DNA of 64,000 bases from a virus (lineage: Duplodnaviria; Caudoviricetes). Under the pieces are notes generated by a model, which saw only the letters and a program-made list of their open reading frames with translations, ran no database searches and was not told where the DNA came from. Within the stretch, counting starts at the first letter, position 1, and each line of letters opens with the position of its first letter. A program made the position numbers and the translations under genes. Of this stretch, positions 8,194-16,888 are shown piece by piece. The DNA is taken from the IMG/VR virus record IMGVR_UViG_3300025723_000013; one strand, 5' to 3'.

Positions 8194-9413
8194 GCAGCGG
8201 AGCCTGATTGTTTTTGTTGGGCATAGGCCTGCTTGAGTGCTTGCAGCACACGACGGATACAGTCCGGTCTAGTTTGCGTTTTCTGCCATTCATCCTCCCA
8301 AATCACCACCAAGGTAAAGCCTTTCTGGCGCAGATATTCTTCTTTTTCTTGATTTAGTCGTCTACGTTCGCCTGCCGTTTTTCCAACTTTGGGTAACGGG
8401 GTGTTGTCGTCCTGGAATCGTAAGGGGTTGGCATGGTAAAGATCGCCATAATACTCCACGATCATGGGAGGATCTTCTATGAATAGATCGATTTTGTATG
8501 AATCTCCGTGACGGCCGCCAGTGGGGATTGGTACAGAGTGTTGAGGGTTCAGCGGTTGAATTTCGGGTAGCTGTGAGATTGTTTCAAAAAAATGTATTTC
8601 ACCTTGACTGCGCTGATGTACTTTTTGATTTTTTTTATAGTCTTGATGTAAAAGATCATAATCTGGCAGGTTTTTTAGGTGTCTTCTAATAGTTCCACGA
8701 TCTCGATCAATTCTTAAGCTGATATATCCAGGATTATAGCCCTGCTGATACAATTCGCGTATTTCATGATCTTGTTGCACAGTGAACGACCTTTTTTCTC
8801 GTTTTTGCCTAGCCTTAAACTGCCTATCGACAACAGCAGATACACTGGGTATTGATCTATTTTTCTCACGAGCGATCTTAGCGATGGACCAGTTATATTC
8901 GCCCTCGGGATCATAGTGACTTCGTATGAATTCTTCATCGTCGGGAGTGAACGACCTTTTTTCTTGTTTTTGCCTAGCCTTAAACTGCCTATCGACAACA
9001 TCAGATACACTGGCCGCTAATCTATTTAACACACCAGCGATCTTAGCGATGGACCAGTTATATTCGCCCTCGGGATCATAGTGACTTCGTATAAATTCTT
9101 CATCGTCGGGAGTGAACTCTTGATAGGGTCGTTTGAGTTCCTGATCAAGATAGCGATGGATCAGGACATAACTCTTTCCTAACTGTTTAGCAATGGCCGC
9201 TGCATTTAATCCCTGTTTGGCCAAGTGATTGATAAGAAAATAGTTCTTTATGGTTTGCTCGGTTGTACCAGCACCCAGTTGGTAATCGTGGATGAGATCT
9301 TGCAGTATGTGGTGATCACTGTGATGCTGAGCTCGCAGTTGGCGCATGCGTGCTCTCTGTTGAACAGTAAACCCTCGAAACGCTTCTTGAATGAATAATT
9401 CACGTAATAGCAT
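8190..9413 (-). CDS. Vsr/DUF559-like endonuclease with repeated HTH-like modules
   Basis: C-terminal KIDLF...IVEYYGDLYH...GFTLVVIWEDEW; HTH-like repeats; MLLRELFIQE leader. Confidence 0.7.
   Translation of the reverse strand: MLLRELFIQEAFRGFTVQQRARMRQLRAQHHSDHHILQDLIHDYQLGAGTTEQTIKNYFLINHLAKQGLNAAAIAKQLGKSYVLIHRYLDQELKRPYQEFTPDDEEFIRSHYDPEGEYNWSIAKIAGVLNRLAASVSDVVDRQFKARQKQEKRSFTPDDEEFIRSHYDPEGEYNWSIAKIAREKNRSIPSVSAVVDRQFKARQKREKRSFTVQQDHEIRELYQQGYNPGYISLRIDRDRGTIRRHLKNLPDYDLLHQDYKKNQKVHQRSQGEIHFFETISQLPEIQPLNPQHSVPIPTGGRHGDSYKIDLFIEDPPMIVEYYGDLYHANPLRFQDDNTPLPKVGKTAGERRRLNQEKEEYLRQKGFTLVVIWEDEWQKTQTRPDCIRRVLQALKQAYAQQKQSGSAA
8781..9117. repeat. Tandem 165-bp (55-aa) internal duplication
   Basis: 8781-8952 nearly identical to 8946-9117; FTPDDEEFIRSHYDPEGEYNWSIAKIA twice. 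Confidence 0.9.
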
Positions 9414-10013
9414 GTGGTTATTTATTAGCGATCACGTGGTGAGTGTGCAGTGCACGGACTGCTAGTGATACACACACGAACCGGTCGCCGGATCGCGCAC
9501 GGAGCCGGTGGAAGGCGGCTCAAATACCCCGCTGTACGTGATGCGCACACACGCATACACACGCGCACACACGCACAAACCCGCAGAGATTGAGTGTGTG
9601 CCGGTGGAGGAAACACTGCCCGTGACCAGAGTCCGTGACCCGTGACCCGTGATCGCGATTCCGGAGCAAGAAAGAATGGTCCAGAACCGGTCAAGAAGCG
9701 GTTGGCACCATTTAAACTATGCCTCACTTCCTTCACCTTGTCACGGGGTTTCTAGCCCAGATTCCCTGCCGCTTGAACTTCAGACCGTGACAGAAACCTG
9801 GAATAAAACCCCACCAAACCGTGAGGATTTTGGGCCAAAACGGTGGGGGTTTGAGACATTTCCCCACACTTTTTGAGGAATTTTGATCCATCTCAGTGTG
9901 GGGCTACCCTAGCACAGGATCCCACTACAACCACAGCCACCGGCTGGATCACAGTGGGGTTGTCAAATACCCCGCTGTACGTGATGTGCACACACGTACA
10001 TATACACACACTA

Positions 10014-10078
10014 GCGCACACACACGTACATATACACACACGCACACACACGTACATGTATACACACACGCACACACG
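10014..10078. repeat. 65-bp uninterrupted purine-pyrimidine alternating tract
   Basis: GCGCACACACACGTACATATAC...; shorter tract 9541-9577. Confidence 0.85.
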
Positions 10079-10223
10079 AGCACATGCACACCGGAAGCGT
10101 TTGATCCCGGAGCATGGGCACTGTGACCTGGCGCCGTGAGTGAGCTGACATGGATATGAGCACACACACATCGAATGGACACGGCGGCATCGGGGCACAT
10201 CGAGGACTGGGCGGCGCAGGTGG

Positions 10224-10252
10224 TTGACACCTGTGGGGCAGTTGCATACACT
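10224..10252 (+). promoter_or_regulatory. Sigma70-type early promoter
   Basis: TTGACA-17-TACACT, then CA tract and AGGAG. Confidence 0.65.
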
Positions 10253-10287
10253 AGCGGCTCACTAACACACACAGGAGAACACACACC

Positions 10288-10638
10288 ATGCCCAAGACAG
10301 CGGCTTCGCGCCACCTCACTGACCAGGAGATCGCAACCATCGCGAACCAAGCCCTGGCCGCGGCTCAGGAGGCCACCCAGAATTTTCTCGACGCCAACGG
10401 TGATCGTGATCTGTGTGGATTTGCTTGGGTCACCCTCCGGCCTGCCACCACGCGCATGGCACGCTGGCTCCGGCAGCAGGGCGTGGCTCGGCCTGCACCG
10501 GGAGGCGGGGTACAGGTGTGGAATCCGGGTGGTCACCCTACCCAGTGCATCACGGCCCGGGAACAAGGCGCACGGGCCTTTGTCAAGGTCATGGAGCAAC
10601 ACGGCATCCGGGCCCTGGCCAACAGTCGATTGGACTAG
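10288..10638 (+). CDS. Hypothetical early protein
   Basis: CGFAWV...SRLD; strong RBS. Confidence 0.8.
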   Translation: MPKTAASRHLTDQEIATIANQALAAAQEATQNFLDANGDRDLCGFAWVTLRPATTRMARWLRQQGVARPAPGGGVQVWNPGGHPTQCITAREQGARAFVKVMEQHGIRALANSRLD

Positions 10639-10740
10639 CAGGCGATTTTTTTTTGAAAACGGGCTAGACAACGAGCCTGCATCGTGTATAATGTTCAACG
10701 TTGAGCAAGAGATGTTTTTTAACCAGCAAGGAGATTGAAC

Positions 10741-10980
10741 GTGGCCAAAGCCATTCCAGTTGATGTGACTTTTCCTGAGTCGGGCGAGACCCGCACTTTC
10801 CGCAGCATCCGTGCTGTGGCGCGCATGTTGAGCGGAACGGGCACTGAGTCGGGCGGTTTCCGCAAGACCATCAGTGCTCGTGCTGCCAACGGCTTTGTGT
10901 TGGCCCAGCCCGATGTGGTGCGCCATAACCGCTTGGCAGATGCCTGGGTGGCAGACCCAGGCTTGGAGCGAGTGGCCTAA
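10741..10980 (+). CDS. Small NUMOD1/IENR1-like HTH protein (paralogue 1)
   Basis: GETRTFRSIRAVARMLSG; AAGGAG RBS, GTG start. Confidence 0.6.
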   Translation: MAKAIPVDVTFPESGETRTFRSIRAVARMLSGTGTESGGFRKTISARAANGFVLAQPDVVRHNRLADAWVADPGLERVA

Positions 10981-10987
10981 AGGCTCA

Positions 10988-11015
10988 GGGCAGCTGACCA
11001 CCGGGTCAGCTGCCC
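10988..11015. terminator. 12-bp GC hairpin abutting next -35
   Basis: GGGCAGCTGACC-ACCG-GGTCAGCTGCCC; no clear U-tract. Confidence 0.55.
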
Positions 11016-11044
11016 TTGACACTCGTGAACGCACACCGTATAAT
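11016..11044 (+). promoter_or_regulatory. Consensus sigma70 promoter
   Basis: TTGACA-17-TATAAT. Confidence 0.85.
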
Positions 11045-11083
11045 CACCCGTGAACCGGCAAGCACACACACAAGGAAGCCCAA

Positions 11084-11935
11084 ATGGCACGAGAAACCAA
11101 CGTGATTGAACTGGATCCAGAAGCCGTGGCAGCGCGGGCTGCTGCTGTGGCCCAGGAGACCGACGATGAGATCCTGGCACGCTTGAACGAGCGATTCCAG
11201 ATCCTGGAAGACATGACCCTGGCAGTCAAGCGTGGATCGGTACGCAGCATGATCGTATCAGGTCCACCCGGCACGGGCAAGAGCCACGGCGTGGAACAGG
11301 TGCTCAGCCGCGACGACCTATTCAACACCCTGGCCCAGCGGCGGCCCAAGTACGAGATCGTGAAAGGAGCCACCAGTAGTGTGGGCCTGTATGCCAAACT
11401 GTTTGAGTATGCGGCTCCGGGCCATGTGCTGGTGTTTGACGACTGCGACACCATACTCATGGAAGAAGAAAGCCTCAACACCCTGAAAGGCGCCCTGGAC
11501 TCGGGTGAACGGCGCTACATTTCGTGGAACAAGGACAGCCGCCTGCTGCGCACACAGGGCGTGCCGGACCGTTTTGAGTTCTCGGGTTCAGTGATCTTTA
11601 TCACCAACATCAAGTTTGACTTTGTGCGCAGCAAGAAACTGCGAGACCACTTGATGGCCCTGGAGTCGCGCAGCCACTACATTGATCTGCAGATGGACAC
11701 CACGCGAGAAAAGATCCTGCGCATACGCCAGATCGTGGCCCAAGGCATGCTGTCTCGCTATCTGTTTGAACAGGATCAAGAAGCCCAGATCATTGACTTC
11801 ATAGTGGAGCATCAGGAGCGACTGAGCGAGCTGAGCCTGCGCATGGTGCTGAAAATCGCGGATCTGCGCCGTGAGTTTCCAGACACTTGGCGCAACATGG
11901 CTCGCACCACCTGCATGAGCCGGCAGCGCCCGTGA
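11084..11935 (+). CDS. AAA+-type P-loop ATPase
   Basis: Walker A GPPGTGKS, Walker B VLVFDDCD, FITN, SRSH. Confidence 0.85.
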   Translation: MARETNVIELDPEAVAARAAAVAQETDDEILARLNERFQILEDMTLAVKRGSVRSMIVSGPPGTGKSHGVEQVLSRDDLFNTLAQRRPKYEIVKGATSSVGLYAKLFEYAAPGHVLVFDDCDTILMEEESLNTLKGALDSGERRYISWNKDSRLLRTQGVPDRFEFSGSVIFITNIKFDFVRSKKLRDHLMALESRSHYIDLQMDTTREKILRIRQIVAQGMLSRYLFEQDQEAQIIDFIVEHQERLSELSLRMVLKIADLRREFPDTWRNMARTTCMSRQRP

Positions 11936-12156
11936 CGGCCAGGTGGGCCTGGGCCCTGGCCCACTGGGCCATTTGGATGGCAGCTGCGGGCCTGGCCCAC
12001 CTGGAAGGCCTGCCCTGGCCGCATGTGGCGGCCTGGGCCCTGCTGCTGCTGTGCCAGGAGTGGAACACGCGCCTCGTGTGGGAACACGAGGTGATGCAGG
12101 TGCTGGCGCGCGTCCGGCACCTGGTGGAGCAGGCGCGGGCCCCACCACACACGTGA
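11932..12156 (+). CDS. Small membrane protein
   Basis: GTGA overlap; Trp/Ala-rich hydrophobic segments. Confidence 0.5.
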   Translation: MTARWAWALAHWAIWMAAAGLAHLEGLPWPHVAAWALLLLCQEWNTRLVWEHEVMQVLARVRHLVEQARAPPHT

Positions 12157-12208
12157 ACAGCTCTCCAGCTCGCAGTGGGGCTGGCCGCGGCCCACTGGCA
12201 GGTGCGGC

Positions 12209-12236
12209 TTGACTTAGAGCTGTTTTCTGTTATAAT
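12209..12236 (+). promoter_or_regulatory. Sigma70-type early promoter
   Basis: TTGACT-16-TATAAT with TG extension, CA tract. Confidence 0.75.
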
Positions 12237-12266
12237 ACACACACATTCACACACAAGGAGACTGCC

Positions 12267-12563
12267 ATGACCCTTTACAGCTATGCCGGAGTCAGCCGCC
12301 GCCAAGGACGCATGCGACCGCGTTGGGCCAACGATCAAGCTCGCATCCGGACCCTGATCCGCACCGGACACACGGACATTGATCTCATACCGTTGCCCAA
12401 GGCCATGACACGCACAGAGGCCCTGACCTGGCTGATCTCGATTGACTTTGACAACGGCAATCCGGAAGTGCGCGAGGCCCTGGAGGCCGCACTGGATCGA
12501 CGCCAGACCCAAGAACCGGCCGAGGCTCAGGGCGTGGAGCCGGCCCAGGAGCCGGCCCACTGA
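12267..12563 (+). CDS. Hypothetical phage protein
   Basis: RWANDQARI..L...GHTDIDLI.LP; AAGGAG RBS. Confidence 0.75.
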   Translation: MTLYSYAGVSRRQGRMRPRWANDQARIRTLIRTGHTDIDLIPLPKAMTRTEALTWLISIDFDNGNPEVREALEAALDRRQTQEPAEAQGVEPAQEPAH

Positions 12564-12622
12564 CCCACCCGGTACCGCACAGCCCGGTCGCGGGCTGTGC
12601 GAACTTTTGCAAGGAGCATACT

Positions 12623-12844
12623 ATGGGAATTTTGACCACATTTGGCAGGCCCTACGTGGAGTTTGATCCGGGCCAGCGCAGCCACCGCGAGTGGTTGCAT
12701 CAGTTCCTGGCCACGGCCAGCTGGGGCCACTGTCCGGTGCGTTTTACCGTGAATCAAGAAGGTGAGCACTTGGCCGTGATACAGCGACGCCTGTTGGAAT
12801 GGTACATGGACCGCGAGTTTGCGCGCCGTGGTGCCACAGGCTAG
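12623..12844 (+). CDS. Hypothetical phage protein
   Basis: RPYVEFDP...HREW...WG.CPVRF; AAGGAG RBS. Confidence 0.75.
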   Translation: MGILTTFGRPYVEFDPGQRSHREWLHQFLATASWGHCPVRFTVNQEGEHLAVIQRRLLEWYMDREFARRGATG

Positions 12845-12903
12845 CGGCGGACTGCCGGCCGGCCTCGGCCCTGGTACTCTCACACACACAGCAAGGAGCA
12901 CAC

Positions 12904-13242
12904 ATGATACAGCCCAACTCACAGTTCCGTTATTGGCGAGCCGACCAAGTGGCCGAGTGCCTGGATGGCATTCCCGACAGCCTGTATCAACGCCTTTGGC
13001 ACATCACCCAGCCTGAGCCTGTGACGCCAGGCCTGGATTATGGCGAAACGCCACCGGACAGTTGGGATCACTGCCTGGCCGCCCAGGGCTGGAGTCTGCT
13101 GACTGAGGATCAGCAACGCCTGCTCAATCAGCTCATGGAGCAGTATCACGCTGCGCTGGGCTGGACCCAGGCTCAGCAGGATCGGGACATCCTGGACCAG
13201 ATCGACCACTTCAACTGGGTGGGCAGCCGGCACCACTATTGA
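12904..13242 (+). CDS. Hypothetical protein
   Basis: AAGGAG RBS after CA tract. Confidence 0.65.
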   Translation: MIQPNSQFRYWRADQVAECLDGIPDSLYQRLWHITQPEPVTPGLDYGETPPDSWDHCLAAQGWSLLTEDQQRLLNQLMEQYHAALGWTQAQQDRDILDQIDHFNWVGSRHHY

Positions 13243-13374
13243 GGTTGACGGCGATCCGGCCCTAGTGTACATTGCACACACAGACACACACGCTGCAAGG
13301 AGACCCACATGCACACTTGGCCCTCGGATCAGGCGCTCGAGGCCTATCTGCCAGAACACGCTTAACACACCAAT

Positions 13375-13449
13375 GGGATCGTAGCTCAGAGGTAGAGCAA
13401 TCGGCTTTTAACCGATTGGTCGAGAGTTCGAATCTCTCCGGTCCTACCA
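13375..13449 (+). tRNA. tRNA-Lys (UUU) with encoded CCA
   Basis: Acceptor GGGATCG/CGGTCCT, D arm, ATCGG-CTTTTAA-CCGAT, T arm GAGAG-TTCGAAT-CTCTC, ACCA end; promoter TTGACG-17-TACATT at 13245-13273. Confidence 0.95.
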
Positions 13450-13483
13450 AATCACCACGTCCAAACAACGCAGGAAGACCAAA

Positions 13484-13912
13484 ATGGCCTACATGAATCA
13501 AGAAAGAAAAGCACAGGTTGCACCACTGGTCAAGGCCGTGTTAACACGCTACGGCGTGAAGGGGTCGCTGTCGGTTCGCAACCATATGACACTGTGCCTT
13601 AACATCAAGGCGGGCACGATTGATTTCATTGACAATTTCATCAGCACGGATCAGGCACGGGGTCATGCCCATCCAATGACAGCCGAAACCATCCAGCGCC
13701 TCCGCAACGAGCAGAGCCTAGACGTTAACCCGTACTGGTTCCATGAGCACTTTTCAGATCGCGCTAGAGCATTCCTAAGCGATGTGATGACTGCGCTAAA
13801 GGGTGCGGGTTGGTACGACAAATCGGATGCGCACACGGACCACTTTGACACCGCTTACTATATTAGCATAAGCATTGGTGACTGGAAAAAGCCTTACCAG
13901 CTGATCGCGTAA
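13484..13912 (+). CDS. Hypothetical phage protein
   Basis: WYDKSDAHTDHFDTAYY...IGDWKKPY. Confidence 0.8.
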   Translation: MAYMNQERKAQVAPLVKAVLTRYGVKGSLSVRNHMTLCLNIKAGTIDFIDNFISTDQARGHAHPMTAETIQRLRNEQSLDVNPYWFHEHFSDRARAFLSDVMTALKGAGWYDKSDAHTDHFDTAYYISISIGDWKKPYQLIA

Positions 13913-13941
13913 GTGACTGAATCTTGAGGCAAAACTGGTGC

Positions 13942-13970
13942 TTGACTATTCCATCACCAGAGACTATAAT
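13942..13970 (+). promoter_or_regulatory. Sigma70-type promoter
   Basis: TTGACT-17-TATAAT. Confidence 0.65.
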
Positions 13971-14155
13971 GATCGCATATTGGCACGTGAGGGCGTCACC
14001 CTCTATTCTGGTCCGGAAGATGAGAAGCCCGTGACAGGGCAGGACCTTACCATTTGGTGCAAATGGCCTTGGCAACAGGACAGTCTTCCCAGGTCGAGAA
14101 GCGGGTGGAAGGTGGCAACACTACAATTACCGCCGCTGGGAAGAAGCTATTAGGA
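13971..14155 (+). ncRNA. Candidate structured ncRNA
   Basis: Stems GAGGG/CCCTC, GGTCC/GGACC, GCCC/GGGC, CCATTTG/CAAATGG, TCTTCCCAG/CTGGGAAGA and a GCAA tetraloop; competes with 71-aa ORF 13938-14153. Confidence 0.4.
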
Positions 14156-14184
14156 AAAAACCTCAAATACCCCGCTGTGTGGGG

Positions 14185-14213
14185 TTGACAATGCCCACAC
14201 AGCGTGGTACAAT
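14185..14213 (+). promoter_or_regulatory. Sigma70-type promoter directly after a CAAATACCCCGCTG motif
   Basis: TTGACA-17-TACAAT. Confidence 0.8.
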
Positions 14214-14281
14214 GCTGTTATCAAATCTAGCCCAGAGGAGAGCCCTAGATTATAACTAGTTGTAGTCAGGGAGAAAACACC

Positions 14282-14563
14282 ATGTATCTTGATGAAAGCA
14301 CTGTGGAAAAAATGCGTGAGCAGTTGGCGCACAGAGACGAGATCATGACCGATGCACTGCGCAAGCGCGACGCGCACCGGCTCATGGCCCAGGAGTATCG
14401 AGATCAGCTGGGTCAAGCACGGGTGCAGATCTCACAGCTGGAGGCACAGATGCAATCCCAGGCCGCGCAGCTGGATCAGCTGCGCACAGACAATCGGGAT
14501 TTGGAAGCGTTCAATCGCATGCTGCAGAAGATGATACGACGTATGGCTCACAAGGACAAATAA
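14282..14563 (+). CDS. Coiled-coil protein
   Basis: Heptad pattern, GGAG RBS. Confidence 0.7.
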   Translation: MYLDESTVEKMREQLAHRDEIMTDALRKRDAHRLMAQEYRDQLGQARVQISQLEAQMQSQAAQLDQLRTDNRDLEAFNRMLQKMIRRMAHKDK

Positions 14564-14565
14564 AC

Positions 14566-14787
14566 ATGGTCAAGCGAACAAAGATTTTACACGAAGAACT
14601 GGAGTATGTGACCGCGCAACGCAACTGGACACTGGCACAAAAAAACTTTCGCCAGCTCAAACGCCGAGAGGGTGTCACGGACGAAGATCTAGCCCTGGCC
14701 AAACAGCGCCTGGAAGTGTTCAAGTCCCGAGCACAGGAAACCAGCGCAGCGTTGACTCGCGCGGGGCTCAACAAGGGTTCTATCTAG
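14566..14787 (+). CDS. Hypothetical protein
   Basis: AAGGA RBS, coupled to upstream gene. Confidence 0.65.
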   Translation: MVKRTKILHEELEYVTAQRNWTLAQKNFRQLKRREGVTDEDLALAKQRLEVFKSRAQETSAALTRAGLNKGSI

Positions 14788-14802
14788 CCACAGGACACAC
14801 AC

Positions 14803-14970
14803 ATGATTACTAACACGTTCATGACACACGCACCCTTTGTGATCGCTGTGCTGTGTGGGATCACAGCCATCCTGGCCCTGGTGCAGGGCCACTCAGACGC
14901 AGCCGGAGCTTGGCTGTTGGCCTTTGCGGGATGGCTCACGGTGCACGTGGAGCGCTTGACACAGCACTAG
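14803..14970 (+). CDS. 55-aa membrane protein
   Basis: AGGA RBS; two hydrophobic helices. Confidence 0.6.
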   Translation: MITNTFMTHAPFVIAVLCGITAILALVQGHSDAAGAWLLAFAGWLTVHVERLTQH

Positions 14971-15008
14971 ATCCTGTTATAATGCACTCACAGTCACACA
15001 CGGAGAGC

Positions 15009-15176
15009 ATGATGGACCCGGCCAACTACCTGGAAAAGAATCGCACTCGCAGCCGCAATCCAGTGGCGCGACATGCCAATCAGTTCAATCGCCCAAGCAC
15101 GCACCCTAGCAAGCAGGATCGTGCTCGCCAGCGCCGACCCAAGTATGGGTTCCAGTTTGATCGGGAGCTGGTATGA
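15009..15176 (+). CDS. Small basic protein
   Basis: Promoter TTGACA-16-TATAAT at 14956-14983; GGAG RBS; RNPVARHA. Confidence 0.65.
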   Translation: MMDPANYLEKNRTRSRNPVARHANQFNRPSTHPSKQDRARQRRPKYGFQFDRELV

Positions 15177-15436
15177 CACGCGGTGTGCCCGTGCTGTGGC
15201 TGCCCACTGTGGCCTTGGCGGTGCTCATGATCCTGTTGGGTGTGAACCTGGTCAGCCACGTGGCCATGGCCTCTGCTGCTGTGCCCAGCACCATCTCATG
15301 CTACTCGGGCGGTCACGAGATCTATCGAGGGCGGGGTATACAAGTGGAACGCTTGGAGAACAGCTATGTGTACTTTCAAGAAGTGGGCACAGGGCGTGAC
15401 ATTTCCATACGTGCCGACTGCATGATCACCAAATAA
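15173..15436 (+). CDS. Membrane-anchored protein
   Basis: N-terminal hydrophobic helix; ATGA overlap. Confidence 0.6.
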   Translation: MTRGVPVLWLPTVALAVLMILLGVNLVSHVAMASAAVPSTISCYSGGHEIYRGRGIQVERLENSYVYFQEVGTGRDISIRADCMITK

Positions 15437-15507
15437 ATGGTTGACACAGCCCATAAGGGTTGTATACTACAACAGTTGACAAGGCATTTACCAAGGAGCC
15501 AATCGCA

Positions 15508-15681
15508 ATGCCACGTTTTATCAGCGACGAACATCTGATGGAAGACATCTTCACGCAGACCAATCCTATTGTGAAGTCGGACTTTTTTGATGACGCCAAC
15601 CAGTTTGATGATTGGGAGGAGGATTGGGAAGAGGACAGTGAGCAGACCTGGGCTCACATGGACGCAAACGACCAGGATTGA
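15508..15681 (+). CDS. Very acidic small protein
   Basis: 19 D/E in 57 aa; promoter TTGACA-16-TATACT at 15441-15468; AAGGAG RBS. Confidence 0.7.
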   Translation: MPRFISDEHLMEDIFTQTNPIVKSDFFDDANQFDDWEEDWEEDSEQTWAHMDANDQD

Positions 15682-15744
15682 GGTTGACACAGCCTGTGCA
15701 CGAACATATACTGCACAGGCTATTTACACACTAGGGAGAACAGT

Positions 15745-15942
15745 ATGACCAGTTACAAGATCCAAGTTACTTTTCCAAACTCGGGCGAGACCCGCACTTT
15801 CCGCAGTGTGCACGCTGTGGCACGCATGCTGAGTGGCACGGGCACTGCATCGGGCGGTCTGCGCCAGCAGATCGTGCACAAGGCCAACGAAGGCTATTGG
15901 GGTCATGACAACATCGTGCGCCGCCACGCGGTAGTGGGCTAG
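15745..15942 (+). CDS. Small NUMOD1/IENR1-like HTH protein (paralogue 2)
   Basis: VTFPNSGETRTFRSVHAVARMLSGTGT; promoter TTGACA-17-TATACT at 15684-15712. Confidence 0.65.
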   Translation: MTSYKIQVTFPNSGETRTFRSVHAVARMLSGTGTASGGLRQQIVHKANEGYWGHDNIVRRHAVVG

Positions 15943-15948
15943 GGCACA

Positions 15949-15980
15949 CAGGGCCTGCTGATTGGATTCAGCAGGCCCTG
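15949..15980 (+). terminator. 13-bp hairpin
   Basis: CAGGGCCTGCTGA-TTGGAT-TCAGCAGGCCCTG. Confidence 0.6.
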
Positions 15981-16002
15981 AACTGTTTTGGTCACAGCAC
16001 CC

Positions 16003-16155
16003 ATGACACACACTAGACCCCAATGCGGCCGTTGCAGTCAGCTGGAGGACCGCATACAACAGCTGAGGGACGCGCTCAAGGCCATACAGGCCCACAGCCA
16101 AAGCACCCCGCAGATTCGAGAGCTGGCCACCCGATCTCTACGGGGCATCATTTAG
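16003..16155 (+). CDS. 50-aa hypothetical protein
   Basis: CGRC followed by coiled coil; weak RBS. Confidence 0.4.
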   Translation: MTHTRPQCGRCSQLEDRIQQLRDALKAIQAHSQSTPQIRELATRSLRGII

Positions 16156-16309
16156 CAACAGGCTCAAATACCCCGCTGTGTGGGGATCTCCGCTGCTGAT
16201 AAATAAAAACTACCAATACATACAAACGCACTTGCGCACTGTGCACACTGTGTTATAGTGCATGTGTGCGTCAGGTCAGCAACCGCTACCACATATAGGA
16301 GCATAGCCC

Positions 16310-16594
16310 ATGCTAGAAGAAATCAGTACCGAATACGATCCGGAACTAGACGCCCACATCACAAAATATGCCTGCAGCTTTTTGGCCAGCTGCGAGGACC
16401 AAATGGTCAAAGTGACCGGCATCACAGTATGCGACGGCGGCGACTTTGAGGTCATTTGGGTAAAACACAACGGTGACCTGTTGTACCACGACCGTGAGTT
16501 TGAGCATGCTATCAGTCACGCTTTGGGTTATCGTGTACAGTTTACCGAACAAGGCATGCAGGCGCCTAAATCGGCCTGCCTGGAACGAATTTAA
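16310..16594 (+). CDS. Hypothetical phage protein
   Basis: AGGAG RBS; LG..VQFTEQGMQ. Confidence 0.75.
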   Translation: MLEEISTEYDPELDAHITKYACSFLASCEDQMVKVTGITVCDGGDFEVIWVKHNGDLLYHDREFEHAISHALGYRVQFTEQGMQAPKSACLERI

Positions 16595-16888
16595 CACAGC
16601 CCAGCGCCGCCTGCACAGCGGCGCTGTTTGGACGCCGCTGCTGCCTCATGGTGTGTGCTGGTCAGCAGTTGAAATCGCAGTGGGGCAGTGTGCTAGATCC
16701 CCAAATACCCCGCTGTGTGGGTTTATATCCGCCCCACTGTTGCAATCTTAAACGTGTGTTTTGATCACGTGGGGCAGCTCCCACTGTTGCCACAAAGCTT
16801 ATAGGAATTTTTGGTGGGATCCGGTTGACAACTCCAGCACCGGCACGCATACTACACACACTGCAAACCAGCAGTGACAGGAGCACAC

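Noticed and set aside
9425-10247. ORFs 9425-9736, 9649-9876, 9873-10139, 9893-10198 and 9949-11034
   Set aside because: They translate CA/TG microsatellite-like DNA (HTHT, CVCV), lack an RBS, and are shadows in a GC-rich region.
11588-12560. Long minus-strand ORFs opposite the ATPase region
   Set aside because: Antisense shadows of well-supported plus-strand genes, Ala/Gly/Pro-rich, with no RBS.
13971-14155. SAM-I riboswitch, SRP RNA, hammerhead or RNase P RNA
   Set aside because: GGAAGATGAG, GGCAAC, GGTCCGGAAG and AGGGCAGG occur, but in the wrong order or without partner strands (no P4, no CUGAUGA/GAAA core).
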